NCBI GenBank assembly: GCA_051362555.1
Contig: CM120649.1
Coordinates: 18,056,567 to 18,120,566, forward strand
Origin: Lingula anatina
Lineage: Eukaryota; Animalia; Brachiopoda
Direction: 5' to 3'
Length of the DNA stretch: 64,000 nucleotides
Each line of letters starts with the position of its first letter. The first letter of the stretch is position 1. The position numbers were made by a program, and so were the translations under genes. This document shows, piece after piece, positions 1-14,500 of this stretch. Under the pieces are notes generated by a model. That model was not told the DNA's origin, did no database searches, and saw only the letters and a list, made by a program, of their open reading frames with translations.

Positions 1-732
1 CGTATACAAATGAAAACAAAAAACAATGCAAACATGAGCTGTGTAATTATGCGTCAACAATGAGCAAGCAATTTTAAACATTTTCTTTAATTCAAATGCT
101 CAGCAACAATGCACTGTATTTGGGACAGCCCTTATAACGGGCTCACGGAGAAGAGTCATATTCAAATGTTTATTTCCAACATTCTAAAAGGTACCACTAA
201 AAGCAAAAAATATTCCTAATTAAGATCATCATACTAGAATATTAAAACGAATAAAGAAATAGGAAGATTTTGAAGACAAATGCCACAGTAAGACTTTAAC
301 CCTCCAGCGAATGTTACACTATTAAAGGCAGTGACTGATAGTAGACTATAAAGGGCCTTATACATAAATGTAGTGTTAAATACAGGTGTGACAGAAATGG
401 TAGTCTGCTTGGAACTTTAGCCCGTGTCTCCTTACTTTGTACAGGTGACATTCGGCCTACACTACATACTAACCTCTGCAAAAACTCTGACTAACGCTAA
501 CTTGTACTAATCCTATGGGATCCCGGACTTCCATTCCTAAATCTAGAACATTCCTGTCTCGGCGGTTAATCGTGACAGTGTCTTCCATGATAGAGTCCGC
601 TCCCATGTATTTGCACAGATAAACCTCGCTTTAGATCTTGACCCACTTAGGTCAGGCTAACCCTAACCATTAAAACTAAATGAAGACCGACTTTTTGTTA
701 CGGACCCTCAGTTTCGTCACCCATGCCCTTAC

Positions 733-3700
733 CTCCACCCTGCAGGAATCCCTCCAGTGCCAACCAGCAGTCGTACGTAGTCACCACCGCCAGGTGTCCT
801 CCCATGCTCGTGCAGGTGGCTGAAGCATCTGTTCTAGAGATGGCTCCCCTCGCGGCGTCCTCATAAAAGCAGCCACCACAATTATTGATATTGTCATTAC
901 ACACACTGCCCACGTATTGGAAGTTTGGATTGGGGCAGCAAGAAGGAGGTGGGGTTGTCGGAGGGGGCGTGGTTGGAGGGGGTGTTGTCGGAGGGGGCGT
1001 GGTTGGAGGGGGCGTGGTTGGAGGTGGTGTTGTTGGAGGGGGCGTGGTTGGAGGCGGTGTTGTTGGAGGGGGCGTGGTTGGAGGTGGTGTTGTTGGAGGG
1101 GGCGTGGTTGGAGGCGGTGTTGTTGGAGGGGGCGTGGTTGGAGGGGGCGTGGTTGGAGGTGGCGTGGTCGGAGGCGGTGTTGTTGGAGGGGGCGTGGTTG
1201 GAGGTGGTGCGGTTTGTCCAGCTGAAATAAAAAGCATCAAAACGTAATGAAAGAAACACCAGGATTCAAAATTAAATACCTATGCAAACAGGGACAGCCG
1301 AATATCTCTAACGAGTATATTTGATTTACTTAAAATAATATACAGCGTGAATAATGACTACTAGTATACCTACGTGAAGCATTATCTGGATACTTACCAC
1401 ACACATGATAGAATATTTTCTGGAGTAAATTGCACTCGCACGTGGGACAGCTGCAGCTGCTGCAACCTTAACGCAATACGAAGTTATTCAAGAGTTAATT
1501 CTTAACAGAGTGTACTGACCTTTGTAATAACCCATATAAAATACAACGGGTTCCAATTCAGTGTGTTTGTACAATGTTATTAATCTTATTCATATAATAT
1601 ATTGTATACTTGAACAATCGTCCTTTTGATCAGATAATGGGCTATATTTGAAATATGCATCTACACAGTCAATTGGCATATTAATGCTAGTACTGGTACA
1701 TGTAAAGCATTTTAATTTAATTTTTAATTTTATTTTATAAAAGAAAAGATAAATGACTGGCGGCTAACCGAAACTCGGTCAAGGTCGACCCTTGTTTCCA
1801 TTCAATTCAAATGTTGTAACCTAGATGTACTATACCAGTAAATAGCAAGCATAATACCACTCATAATCCGTCTTTCCATTTTCAGCATCATGGGTGATGC
1901 GTCATATAGGATCATTGTGGTTTTGTATACTAGCACGTATGATGTTCGTTATTACATATATTTCCAACCAGGAACTTGCAAACAGAAAAGTTAACTTACT
2001 CCCAGGTAGCGCCACTGGAGGGACGGTTCCGCCTGTTGAAAAAACAATAACACGTATTTTAAACTTTCATGGATAATTAAATGATATCGAGTTTACCAGC
2101 TGGTAAGAAATGTACCACACGGACACCCACTGGCAAAGTGGTATGTCCTAATATTTCCTCGGCAATATTTATTCGATCATTGTGTATCGATCAATACTGT
2201 GAATCTCCATTTACATGTTCAATGGTTTTGTTTCGAAAACTGCCAGGAACAGTCGATAGCAAACACAAAATGCAGTTTGAAGTAGAGGGTTAAGACTAAA
2301 TCAATCCACATGTTCATTGTCTTCATGCGGATTTAACTTGTAGAAATATCCTTGACAGCATTCTCAACTCTCTCATCAGACTTACCACAAGACTTGGCAA
2401 TCCATTCTCCTATTATCCAGGCGCAGGAACACGAAGTGCAGTCTGGAGTACAATGAGTACAATGAGTACAATGACAACAATGGAAGATTCACATGGAAGA
2501 TTTAAAAAAATATTGAGGGGGGGATACAGAAATATTTTCTGACAGTCTTCCAAATTACCGGTACCTTGGTTGATCCATCCTCCATTTTTGACAGTCTACT
2601 GACAGAAAATATTAGATGGCCGTCAATGTGCTGGTAAACTTGAAAACATTCTGACCGTCTCCCGGAAGACCCAAAAGACGGCCTCAGTCCGCCCCTGAAT
2701 TAATACTTATTGTAAAGCGAACTTCGAATCTTAAACACATGGCTTACTCAAGAATTAACGTGCATCCTTCAATAACGCAAACACTGCATTAATTCCATTT
2801 TCAGTAAACGAAAAAAAAAAAAAAAAAACTGCAGCAACAATCGATATTAACTGAAGCGCAGCTAGCAAACCTGAAGTGCAATCATGTGTCGTATTGTTTT
2901 AAGGTTATCGACATGTATATATCTCAATTTGTGCAGTATAAGTTCCCACCTGTAGAGGGCAGTGTTGTCGATGGTGGTGACGTGGAATGGTAAGGACAGA
3001 AGGCTGGTAGCCAATCACACATTGATCCCCTCTTACGTCGATGAGAGTTGAAGGCCCATGCGAATTGCTGTTGAACTGCATTACCAGCACTTACTTTGAA
3101 TGAAAGAAAGAAAAGGACAACATGGACATATTAGTACAATGTCATTCTGTGAAGAGGGCTTGTTTATCAGCTTGTTTCGTTCCATAGGACTAATGCACAT
3201 GTTTTTTTTCCCGAAATGTCGTATACCTTATATTTATTTGTCAAGTATTTCTATGGCAAACGTAAGTGTCTAAACTCACACCCTTTTTGTTTGTTAATCA
3301 TGCTAGGGGCAACTCTGGGATACAAGTTGGGAAGAGTTGAAGGGTTGAGTTTTATGGCGTATTCAACAAAAATCATTGAGCACAATTATATTCGTGGCAC
3401 ACTGTAATGGTACGGCCCACTCACCTCCTCCTCCGCAGCCGTTCAAGTTGTACTGGGCTGATATTAGATTGCATTTACACGTGTTACAGGGACACACGTG
3501 GCATTCTGAAAAAATGCGAAAAAAATTATTAAAAGAAAAACAACAACAACTACAATGAATCATACTTCTTCTGCTGCTTATAAAGCAGGACACGAGTCAA
3601 ATAATGGCTGTCATTCAACCTACCTGCAACATTTTTGTTTCTGAAATAACACTCACACTACTTATTTCATAGCACATGGTGCCCCAGCACTCTCGAATTG

Positions 3701-3893
3701 TCGAGCCAGATTTAAAACAACAGATGCCATCCCTACCCCGATAGCAACAGTGTCAACATTTGAAAAAGTTTCATATATTCAGTGAAGTGTTCCATTTATC
3801 GATCAATCGAGTAGAAATTGAAAACTCCTATTTTTGTCACAAAATGTTGATTATTTTCATTTTTTCGGACTTTGCTAGATCGTTGTGTATCCA

Positions 3894-3979
<86 letters not shown>

Positions 3980-4294
3980 GAAATAAAATGAACCGAAAAC
4001 TTACCTCCCCCATCAAACGAGACACCTTGCAACTGTGGTGGGTAAGAACCGCCTTATATAAGATAATCAAATGGACGAATTAATAAATAAATGGATAAAC
4101 GAATAGATTGAAAGAAGGCTGTAAAGAAAAATTATCTGAACGAAGGAAATATTCTACAGGGGGTATATGAACAACCAGATACAAACGGCCAATCGTTTGA
4201 GCACCAACAATGCATGACAGTTCAATAGGTCACTACAGAGACAGCACTACCAGAATACAGTGACAAAAAAGGAAATGTGTGTGTGTGTGTGTGT

Positions 4295-4334
<40 letters not shown>

Positions 4335-5619
4335 GAGAGAGATGAAGTAAAGGAGAGAGGAGAGGAAACTCACCACATTGAAACTGCCGCCATTTATTGA
4401 GAAGATAAGAGCAATCACAGGTGGAGCATCCCGCTAAAAGGTGAAATATGAAGAGTAAGCTTCAACGGAAAATAATCTGTAGACATACCAGATGAGACAA
4501 ATGAATGTTCAGCATAGTTTTGCGTATATTTGTCTGGAATACAGACCCGGTATGTATTATGGAGATGTAAATAACATAAGAGTTCTATATACTGGGTATA
4601 TACCCCGCTACCTGTAGATGTTTTTTTTGGTCGTTTGAATGTACTAGTAATTTAGTTATGTCGCGGGATGCACACGAATGTCTATCACTGGTTTATAATC
4701 TTTGTGAAGCTGTTGTCGGATTGCTGATTTAAAATAAGTATGGTGGCCAACCTCTGCGAGAAAGTTCTTTAGTGACAGCAACCTTTGTTAGGAAATTTTT
4801 CAAAGCTTTTAGGCATTTTTTTTGTTACATTACACGGACAAAAAGACCATTCCCAGAGCCTATCGTACTAACTGTAGATCGATCTATCTCTTACACACTA
4901 ATATACTTTAAATTTGATAGATTATTATCTTGGTTTTAAAAACGTGGTTGCCTTTGATAACGATTTTAAAAACAAGATGACGAAAACGTCTGGTAGTTTT
5001 GAATAAAACAACCCCAAACACATGCATGAGCATGAAATTTAGATATGCCAAACTTGTGTCATTATTCCTTATAGCAAATTAACAGAGACCTATTAAAATA
5101 TAACCCACGCCCTTTTCGAATGCTCCCCAGCAGGCACGATGATTTTTCGTTTGAATTTAAGGCGTTGAGCAACAAAGAGTTAAAGTTTAGCGGCCCAGAT
5201 TCAATGGTAAAGGTGTATAACAATGTATTATAAATTGTCGAAAACACATTTAGTAGACATATTGAAAGACAAAGATTTGTACACTATAGATTACAAAAAG
5301 TTTTCCTACCCTTTACATATATATAACAATTATTCCCATCAGTATGCTTTTCATCAAAGGAGGAAATTAAGGGACAAATCAATATTTGATTTATAAAAAC
5401 TAATCTGCACCTGCTGTCGTCGTTGGAGGGGCTACTGTTGGCGTTGTTTCTGTTGTTGTCGCCGGTGGAGGTGTTCCAGTGAAGCAGAACCAGGGCGGTA
5501 GTCCATAGCAATCGCCTGGCTGTTGCGTTGTGGCTGTAAATTAACAAAGTGCATATTAAATTAAACCCTCCACGGCTTCTTCTTGCCTATTTCTTTTTTT
5601 TTTACATTTTAAATCATGT

Positions 5620-5677
<58 letters not shown>

Positions 5678-6734
5678 ATCAAGACGCATTTTATATTACA
5701 AGGCGAGGAATTTAACATAGCATGCAACCATCAACACTCTTAGAGTTTGGGCGAATATTAGTTTGAGAATTTTTTATACAACGCCAGCAGGTTTGTTTGT
5801 AGGCTACATACCTGGCGGAGGAGTTGTCTCAGTTGTACACGGTAACCATGGAAACCAACTACACCCACCAGAAGACTGAGTTGTTGCTGTAATATATCGT
5901 GGTGAACTTCTTAATAAATATCAAATACACATAACATTACGTTGTATTCAGACACCCGTTAATGTCAATAGTCAATAAGGTCTGGCCGGAAAATACGCTC
6001 AGAAATGAACATGCTATTCCAATGTTTGCGAGTGTTAAATCTTTGGAGTCTTATAAACCCAAAATGCCCCAAAGTAATTTCTTTTGGGTCCGACTACTTC
6101 ATATCCCTTGCCATTATGCCATGATTTGAACTTTATATGGGACTTAATCCTATTAAAGTGGTGAGTTGGCCAGCCAATAGGAGCAGTCAAATTGACACGT
6201 ACTCCCTTGTGACCTTGGTCATATATATATATATTACTAGGAAAGCTAGGAAAGGGCTAGTGAATACCGCTCAGAAGGTAGGCCAGTCCCTTCAAAAACG
6301 CCAAAGTCACATTAGCCTTATTACCGCCAATATAGACCTTCCTATTGTGTTGTTGCTAAATAGCGGTTGTTGCTAAAATATATTAATATATAGAAGAGTA
6401 AGTGTAATGAAAAATATCACTTTGTGGTACGGGGAAATCAAGTTATGTAAATAGAGTTTTAATTTCATTTGACGATGTGTGAAACAAGAACAATTTTGTT
6501 TCCACTTACCTGGTGGAGGAGTTGTCCCGCCCGGACAAGGTAACCACCAAAACAGGCCACACCCACCAGGAGACTGAGTTGTTGCTATAATATATATATA
6601 ATATATAATATATAAGAGTAGCTGTGAACAAATAAACCAAATAAACCATGAGACATTCCCAAGTGTGTACGTGTGCGGATATGTGTGTGTGTGTGTGTAA
6701 GTGTATGTATGTGTGTGAATATGTGTGTGTTCGT

Positions 6735-6773
<39 letters not shown>

Positions 6774-7422
6774 AGTGAGTATGTGTGTGTGCGTGCGTGT
6801 GTGTATGTGTGTGCGTGCGGGGATGTGTGCGTGTGTGATTGTGTATGTGTGCGTGCGTGCACGCGCGTGTGTGTGTGTGTATGTAAAGTTGTGATACATT
6901 ACCCGGAGGTGGGGTACCTCCGCACGGATAGGACGATCCACATATAAGCCGTTGCCATGACGCCGCCGCCGGTAAGGCCGCTGGTGGTGGGGATTGGGGT
7001 GGGGGTGGGGCTGGTGGGGGTTGTTGGGGTACAGGTTGGTTATTTTGGCCGCAATTGCCAAACAGACAGCCTCCCCAACTATTACCATCGCAACCGTTAA
7101 GTATGAACACGATCATGATTGCTAAATGACACATCCTGGAAATATAGATCAGAACATACCGTTTACTGGGAGCAGATGCTAACTCATTCTAATTACGAAG
7201 TTATCTGGTTATACTTTTTTCCACTATCACTTAATTTTTAAGTTTCAGTTGATGTGTATTCGGTGCAACTGATTCAATGACACCAGATACAATAAGAAAA
7301 ATGTTGAACTTCATATTCCAGGTATTTAGAATATTTCACCCCGCCTAGAAAAGTTAACGATTAATGCCAAAAATAAATATGAAATAAAATATGATAATAA
7401 CGAAAACACACACACACACACA

Positions 7423-7471
<49 letters not shown>

Positions 7472-10095
7472 AGTCGTGATAAAGGCCCATATAAGGAGTA
7501 CATAGGCAATTTGAATTAACTTTAATGGCAACTCGGCATCAGCTTTCAAAATATCGACATGGCTTGTTATTATTATTATTATTTTTTGCTTGCTTCCCGA
7601 ACAAGACGGCCTAGTGTCTACATTCGGAATTATTGTCGCTTTCTCTTGAATTCGCCTTATATGAATTCAGAGCTAGGTCTACGAATGCTGATAACCTCGA
7701 CGTCATCAAGAACATATCGCTAACTGCAAATCTACATTAAGGTGACGTCAGTTTCAGATAACACTATTGCTGCTTAATTTCCCTGTCCATTAAAAGCATA
7801 TCTGGCATGTTGAGGAATGCAATATACGGTCACATATGATAAACCACCCGACTGGTTCAGAGCATAGCGGCCACTACCGACCACACTTTATGAGTAATCA
7901 TAGTTACGAATAACATAGCTTGGACGCATGTTGCCTTGGAAACGGTCGGTTGTTGGGCTTTTAATTCTCAGTCTTAGAAACATGCACCACCCAAAATTAA
8001 CAGGCTACACTTAAATGTGAGAACAACGTGGACATTGGGGAAGAATATCCAATAATAATGACACAGTGGGATCAGTTCTGTGTGTGGGGGGGGGGGGGGA
8101 GCATCTGAATATGTCAATGGATATCGCTATGTATTTGTGACTCAGACGTTTTTTTTTAAGTTTGGAGAATTTAATTTAATATAATTAAATAGGTAATGAT
8201 GTGTGCATTGATATCAGAAAAATGGTCGGCATTCTTGAACTCATTCGAAGCATAACAGGGCGAGTCTTACCACATAAATGGTTAATTTGATGCTCCTAAG
8301 ATGTGATCAAAGTGGCATTTATTTTTACCATCACTCCATTTACTAACATTTCTTACAATTAAGCATGGTTAATGTTGCCAGTCTGTAATTGTCGTTCCCA
8401 TAAAGCGATTAGTGTCATTAGATACCTAAGTCGCAGGCACGTAGTTAGCAAGTTTTTTAATTGGAGGGCTAAACGTCTAAAAATAAAAGCGCCTTGAGTG
8501 AAAAAGAGGGAATAGGGGAGGGTTATGTTTTTGAAGTTTGACTGTGAGTTGTTAATTTTTCCTCTCTCGCAAAGGAGATCAGCGGTTTGATGAATTTCAC
8601 TCTTACGATAAAAACAGAAATTAAGCATTTCAAAACATAATATGGTATTTTTTATCTATTTTATTTGGTAATGGATTGATGGTATTTTAGTCCCCTAATA
8701 TCGCATGTGCCAAATGTTCATACATTGCTATTCACCGTGCATTTGATGTAGGTGGTTTAAGTTTCTAGGTGTTCACTCTTGAGGGTCAAAGGTGACAAGT
8801 TAAAATTAAGGTGAAACCACAGAGTATACAGAATGTTTTGACTCGCTACAGTCAGTATGTTTGTTTAAAGGTAACTCACTTGTCCCCCTGCCCCCACGCC
8901 CTTCGCCAACACATCGTTCGCCCATTCGCCCTCCTCCCATCCATACTCCACCCACCTCCCCTCTACCCCTCACCCTCCACCCTCCTGGCCTCTACCCCTC
9001 ACCCTCCACCCTCCTGGCCTCTACCCCTCACCCTCCACCCTCCTGGCCTCTACCCCTCACCCTCCACCCTCCTGGCCTCTACCCCTCACCCTCCATCCTC
9101 CTGGCCTCTACCCCTCACCCTCCACCCTCCTGGCCTCTGCTTCTCGACCCTAGCCTACCTACCCTCACCCCCTCGCCTTCCGCCCACCCACCATCCGCCC
9201 TCTCTCCTTTTTTCACTGTGGGTTGGGGAATTTTATTGAGTGCATAATTCTAAATACAGTTTAGGCATTTTTTTTCATTTTTAATGATCAACCTAATTAG
9301 GTAGTTGTATGTATTGGTATGTTGAAGATATAAAAAAACCTCAAAAAGAATAAGTTCTGCTTCGTTATTCCTGTGATATTAAAGGGGTACTCTGCGGTGT
9401 ACTAGCGCCATAGACATTTCTTCTCAAAATGAAAACGATTCCCACCTATTCGCGAATGATTAGTTGGCCCGCCTTGGGATCGATTTTTTGGAACAATTTT
9501 TGATTAAATCATTTAGTTCTAAACATTTAGACTGCACTGCCTTCCTGAACATTCAGAAATATATATCGACACCTGCTACTTTTATTTAAGGGATTTGTTG
9601 TTAAAGGTCTCTGCTGAGATAAAAAATTCCTTTTCAGTATATATACTGAAACAAATGCGATTAGTAAACCTCTAATGGGCATTAGAATCATATCGTATTC
9701 TTTATCACCCTTCGAGGGACCGCATTGCGTACAAAACATTGACTTTCATGTATAACAAACTGGCAAATTTTTGAAGGCTCCCTTTACCGAAAGGGTGTGC
9801 ACTGAAACATTTTGCAATTTTGAGTGAAGTAAAATAAATCTGTGGGATTAAAGCTGAATTGGACGTTCATGAAGAAATAACTCAACATAAGTGAAGACTT
9901 TTTTTATGATCATTGTTGTGCGGCTATGGTATCTTTATTTAAGGAAAGTCTCGAAAATGATCATGCAAACGTGCATTTTATGTTTTTTGATGAAAAAAAT
10001 AACTGCACATCACGCATACAGATACTCAGTGGGCAAACAGCACGCGTAAAATAAAATTAACATATTTACCGCTCCATGTCTCTGGTCACTCGCAT
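733..10095 (-). CDS. Secreted Cys-loop/mucin/C-type-lectin-like mosaic protein, paralog A (last CTLD exons not found, probably off-window)
   Basis: Manual GT-AG exons: tentative 10070-10095 (MRVTRDMER), 6903-7135 (signal [17 protein letters not shown]), 6510-6584, 5812-5886, 5411-5533, 4374-4433, 4005-4052, 3425-3505, 2950-3093 (NSHRRKR), 2386-2442, 2000-2032, 1398-1466, 733-1221 (PPPTT array + first half of CTLD: [11 protein letters not shown]). All exons after 6903 are phase 1-1 and stop-free. The exon series is collinear with paralog B. Confidence 0.8.
946..1210 (-). repeat. Coding 15-bp tandem repeat, ~18 x PPPTT (mucin-like)
   Basis: Direct repeat; the minus-strand frame reads TTPPP continuously into the CTLD. 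Confidence 0.95.
6660..6890. repeat. Degenerate (GT)n/(GTGC)n microsatellite, intronic
   Basis: Visible dinucleotide repeat; source of the spurious HTHT/CVCV ORFs. Confidence 0.9.
8961..9137. repeat. 29-bp minisatellite, ~6 copies (ctctacccctcaccctccaccctcctggc)
   Basis: Near-perfect tandem copies, pyrimidine-rich on +. Confidence 0.9.
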
Positions 10096-10728
10096 TGTGG
10101 ACTGTGGCTGCCCCCGGCTGGTCAGTTCCAATAGTTGTATTCAGCTCCTTGTGTCCCTCTAATCTGGAGACTTCTCGGGGTCCTATTTGAAGAATTAATC
10201 CTTTTAAAGTCAGGTAGAACCTTCGGCGTCACGGGGGTTTCCACTTTAGGCCGCGGCAAATCAAACTCAAATTGGGCGGCGTATTATTTGAGAGCAAAAC
10301 AAACGAAAAAACGAAAGACGAAAACCGTTTTACTGCTTCTGATTTAATGGTGTTTTAGAAATCTTTCTCTGGAAAACCAATGTAATTAATATCACCAAAT
10401 GTACGACAGTTGGGTGCAAACTAACATGTAATTTTGGTTTAGATGTGTTTAGTTGTGACAATGGCGTAACTCGAATTTTAAAATAGTCTCGTCCTTAATC
10501 GTCCATTAAATTAACCATGACACGACATGTGATGAATCTTAAACGTCTTTTTTGAATGTTCCACTGACTGAAGAGTCTGACGGAAAATGACACAGTTCTT
10601 TGCCGCGTGTACTCTACATGAGTACTTTAATTACCTCTTGCACTTTATTTACGTGTGAAGGTAAACCTTGTTGTTTGGAAGAATTTTGTGAACAAATCTG
10701 CGCATTGTCTGCAGCGGACAAGGACGTC

Positions 10729-10911
10729 CCTTACCAAAATGAAAAGTTTGCAGCAATATTGGTACGATATTGAAGCAATATTTCTGCAAACTAAAAGTTT
10801 GTAGCAACGAGTTTGCTAAAAAATTTTCTTGCTTCTAATTTACAACCATATTGCAGCAAACTTGCTGCGAATTTGCTGCGAATTTGCAACAGGCCTGATT
10901 TTTTGCTAAGG
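10729..10911. mobile_element. Possible small MITE
   Basis: Imperfect terminal inverted repeats ccttaccaaaa / ttttgctaagg, with internal tttgc/gcaaa repeats. Confidence 0.35.
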
Positions 10912-11559
10912 TACGTGACCTAGATATAGGTAAATAATAGATCGACAGTTCAATAAACTTTCAGCAATATTATACGGTGTAAATAAAGTCGAATTTTTCG
11001 CAAATAATGTACAATACAAATGAGGGAAGCAAACCTGGCAAAATGTTATGACTGAGGGAAATATATAAAAAAATCAAATGAATTAATTAAAGCATAATAC
11101 AACATTGCTTGTTCACAATTACAAACGAAGCACCTCCTTAAATTCTGTAAATGTGCTTATGGTTAATATAAATTAACTGCATGAACTAGTAGACGTACCC
11201 CTTGCAAGGCAATGATCATCAGATGTTGTAAATGGGCATATTTTACCTTGACGACCCTATCAGTTAGATGGATGAAATACGTACAACTGTTTTATTATCC
11301 TAGAGTAACCAGTACTGTTAAATCAAAAGTTTCTGTAATCTAACATTAAAGACGCAAACTTACAAAGTTGTTTAAACAAAATTGTTTAAACAAATCTTCA
11401 AAATCAACAATAATAATAATAATTAGAAGTAGGATAAAAATTTTACTTGACTCTGAGCAGATACTGTACTAATAAATCATTTATTTGTACTTTCTGAATA
11501 AGAAAAGACTGTGACTACGCCATCGCATCCACCTTTGTCAGAACTTTTACAAGAACCGG

Positions 11560-14500
11560 AGTCACTCATCACTATATGTTTGAACCAACAACCACTTGTG
11601 AAGTAATGAAGATAATAAACAGTTCCAGAAAGACATCATGCATGTTAGTCCCAATCCCATCATCATTTTTGGTTCAGATTCTTCCGTTTGTAATAAATTT
11701 GATTGTGGAAATTATCAACAAATGTTTACCTGTGGGTGTTTTTCCAAAAAAGTTTAAATCTGAAATAATTCGCCCACTACTCAAAAAGGACAACCTTTAC
11801 ACAGATCTTTTGGCAAACTATCGTCCTGTTTCCAATCGTCATTTTTATCTAAGGTAGTAGAGAGGGTTATAGCAGTTAGACTATTTAAGCATTTAGAAGC
11901 AAGCAATCTTGTTGAGGAAATGTAGTCAGCCTACAAATCCAATCATAGCACTGAATTTGCACTTTTGGGAATTAAAATTGATTTGTTAAGTGGCGTTGAC
12001 AAACATTCTGCTATGTTATTGGTATTGTTAGATTTGTCTGCTGCCTTTGACACAGTAGACCATAATATTTTATTGACATTTCTAGAGCAGAGTGTATGAG
12101 TTAGAGATAATGCCATAGAACCTTTACGATCCTATTTTGTTGGGAGGATGCATCAAGTTAATATAAATGGTGTGCTTTCTGAACTGTCACAGCTTTTATT
12201 TGGTGTTCCTGAGGGGAGCGTTCTTGGCCCTCTAAAATTTTTGTGTTTACAAGTTACCACATGAAGCAATTCTGCGTTATCATAAGATAGGTTACCACTT
12301 TTACGCAGATGATACCCAGTTGTACACATCTTGCAACATCCATGATCCAGCATTGTCTGTGAACACCATTGCTGACTGCATATCAGATCTCAGTGGTTGG
12401 CTCATTTCAAACTGATTGAAGATAAATGATGGAAAAACAGAATTTTTAGTCATTACTCAACCCCACAACAAGGGCCTTGCTCACAGCCTGCATCTTAAAA
12501 TTGGAGCTAGTATGGCATTTTCCTCCCCCCAAGTAAAAAATTAGGAGTATACTTTGATTCTACACTTTCAATGGACAAACAGATCTCCAACATTACAAGG
12601 CCTTGTTTATTCAACATTGGGAATAAGGAAATATTTGAATCAATCATCTGCTGCTAGTGTTATACACTCATTGTTAACTTCCAGGTTAGACTATTGCAAT
12701 TCTGTATCATATGGATGTCCAGATGATAAGATCAAAAGATTGAAAGTTAAGAAAGCGGCAGGTCCGGATGGGATCACACCCAGGCTGCCGAAATTATGTG
12801 ACGATGAGCTCTCTGGTGTATTGTGCAACATATACAATTGGTCTTTACGCTCTAGTTATGTTCCAAAAATATTGAAACAATCTGTGATAAAAGCGCACAC
12901 CTGTTACCTGTCTTAATGACTATAGGCCTGTAGCTCTAACTTCCATTGTTATGAAGGTGCTCGAGAAATTTGTTCTGCAACATGTGAAATCAAAATTACC
13001 GACGTCCTTCGACCCTTTTCAATTTGCATATCGTAAGAACAGGTCGACTGAGGATGCTGTTGCTATCACTTTACATAATGTTCTTACTTTTTTTTGATCG
13101 AAAAATCCCTAACTATGCACGACTACTTTTTACTGATTATAGCTCTGCTTTTAACACGATATCGCCTTTTAAACTTCACGAAAAACTTAACTCTCTCCAT
13201 TTTAGTACATTACTCAGTAATTGGATTTTAAATTTCTTAATGAATCGTACTCAACAGGTCAAAGTCGGCAGTAACTTTTTCAAGACTATAGAGATAAATA
13301 CTGGCACGCCTCAGGGCTGCGTCATCTCGCCTCTTTTATATTCACTGTTTACATCCGTGTTGCTTCGTATCCCGATTGTTTGATTGTTAAGTTTTCGGAT
13401 GATACCACCTGCGCTGGCCTTATTAGCACTTCCGAGTCTGATTATCGAAATCAAGTTTCGGACCTTGTTTCATGGTGCTCTGAAAACGACCTCGAGCTTA
13501 ATGATAAAAAGACAAAAGAAATTATTGTAGATTTTAGGAAAAACCCAACAGAAATTAGCTATCTTATGCTGAATGGTTCTGAGGTTGAAATAGTCAGGCA
13601 TTTCAAATTTCTTGGCATACATATATCTGATGATCTTAAATGGCACATTAACATAGATGAAATTGTCTGTAAAGCTCAGCAAAGACTTTACTTTCTACGG
13701 CGATTGAGGTCATTCTATGCTAACCAAGAACTGCTGGCAAAATTTTACCGGGCAGTGATTGAGAGTGTACTAACACAATCTTTCACCGTCTGGTACGGTA
13801 GTGCTACAGCAGAGGACAAGAATCGCCTCAATCGCGTAGTAAAAACTGCCAGGCGCATTGTAGGTAGGGACTTGCCGTCAATTGAATGTTTGTATACGAG
13901 ACGAGTGCTCAAAAGAGTGGAGTCAATCACTTGTGACCCTGGTCACTCAGCGAATAGCCTACTTATGCATATGTCATCAAGCCGACTATACGGTCATTTA
14001 AAGCAACCTCCACGCGCACTAAAATAGTTTTTATCCATCAGCAGTACGTATTTTTAATGAACAAAATATATTTTAACAATTCCATTGTATTACATTTTAT
14101 CGACAGATCATACCAATTTTCATTTTATACTTGTATAAATATGACAATAAATTATTATTTTTATTATTATTATTATTATTAAAAGATTACAACGCATCCA
14201 GAATATCTCTGCACGGCTTTTAATGCTACAGCCTAAGAATTGCCATATCACTCCAATTTTAAAGCAGTTACACTGGTTACCAGTTAGGGCAAGAATTTCA
14301 TTTAAGGTTTTAGTTTTTACACATGCTGCTTTTTATAACCTAGCCCCACCATATATAAATGATCTGGTCAAACATTATAGTCCTCAAAGATCCCTGAGGT
14401 CTGGTGACAAACTTTTACTATAAGTTCCCAAATGAAAGTTAAAAACATATGGTGACATATCATTTTGTGTAGCTGCACCGGTAGAATGGAATAAGTTACC

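Noticed and set aside
1-732. Remaining CTLD exons of paralog A
   Set aside because: No convincing homolog of paralog B's last two exons found here; they presumably lie outside the window
3796-4070. Poly-Tyr/poly-Ile ORFs (also 5549-5743 and 20854-21417)
   Set aside because: Translations of (AAT)n/(ACT)n microsatellites; only short embedded exons are real
6373-7134. 253-aa ORF with a His-Thr tract (possible metal-binding protein)
   Set aside because: Read-through of two real exons across an intronic (CA)n microsatellite
8811-9247. Pro/Leu/His-rich ORFs
   Set aside because: Products of a 29-bp (non-triplet) minisatellite in a probable intron
13024-14027. Functional reverse transcriptase gene
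   Set aside because: 5'-truncated, frameshifted LINE with no endonuclease domain
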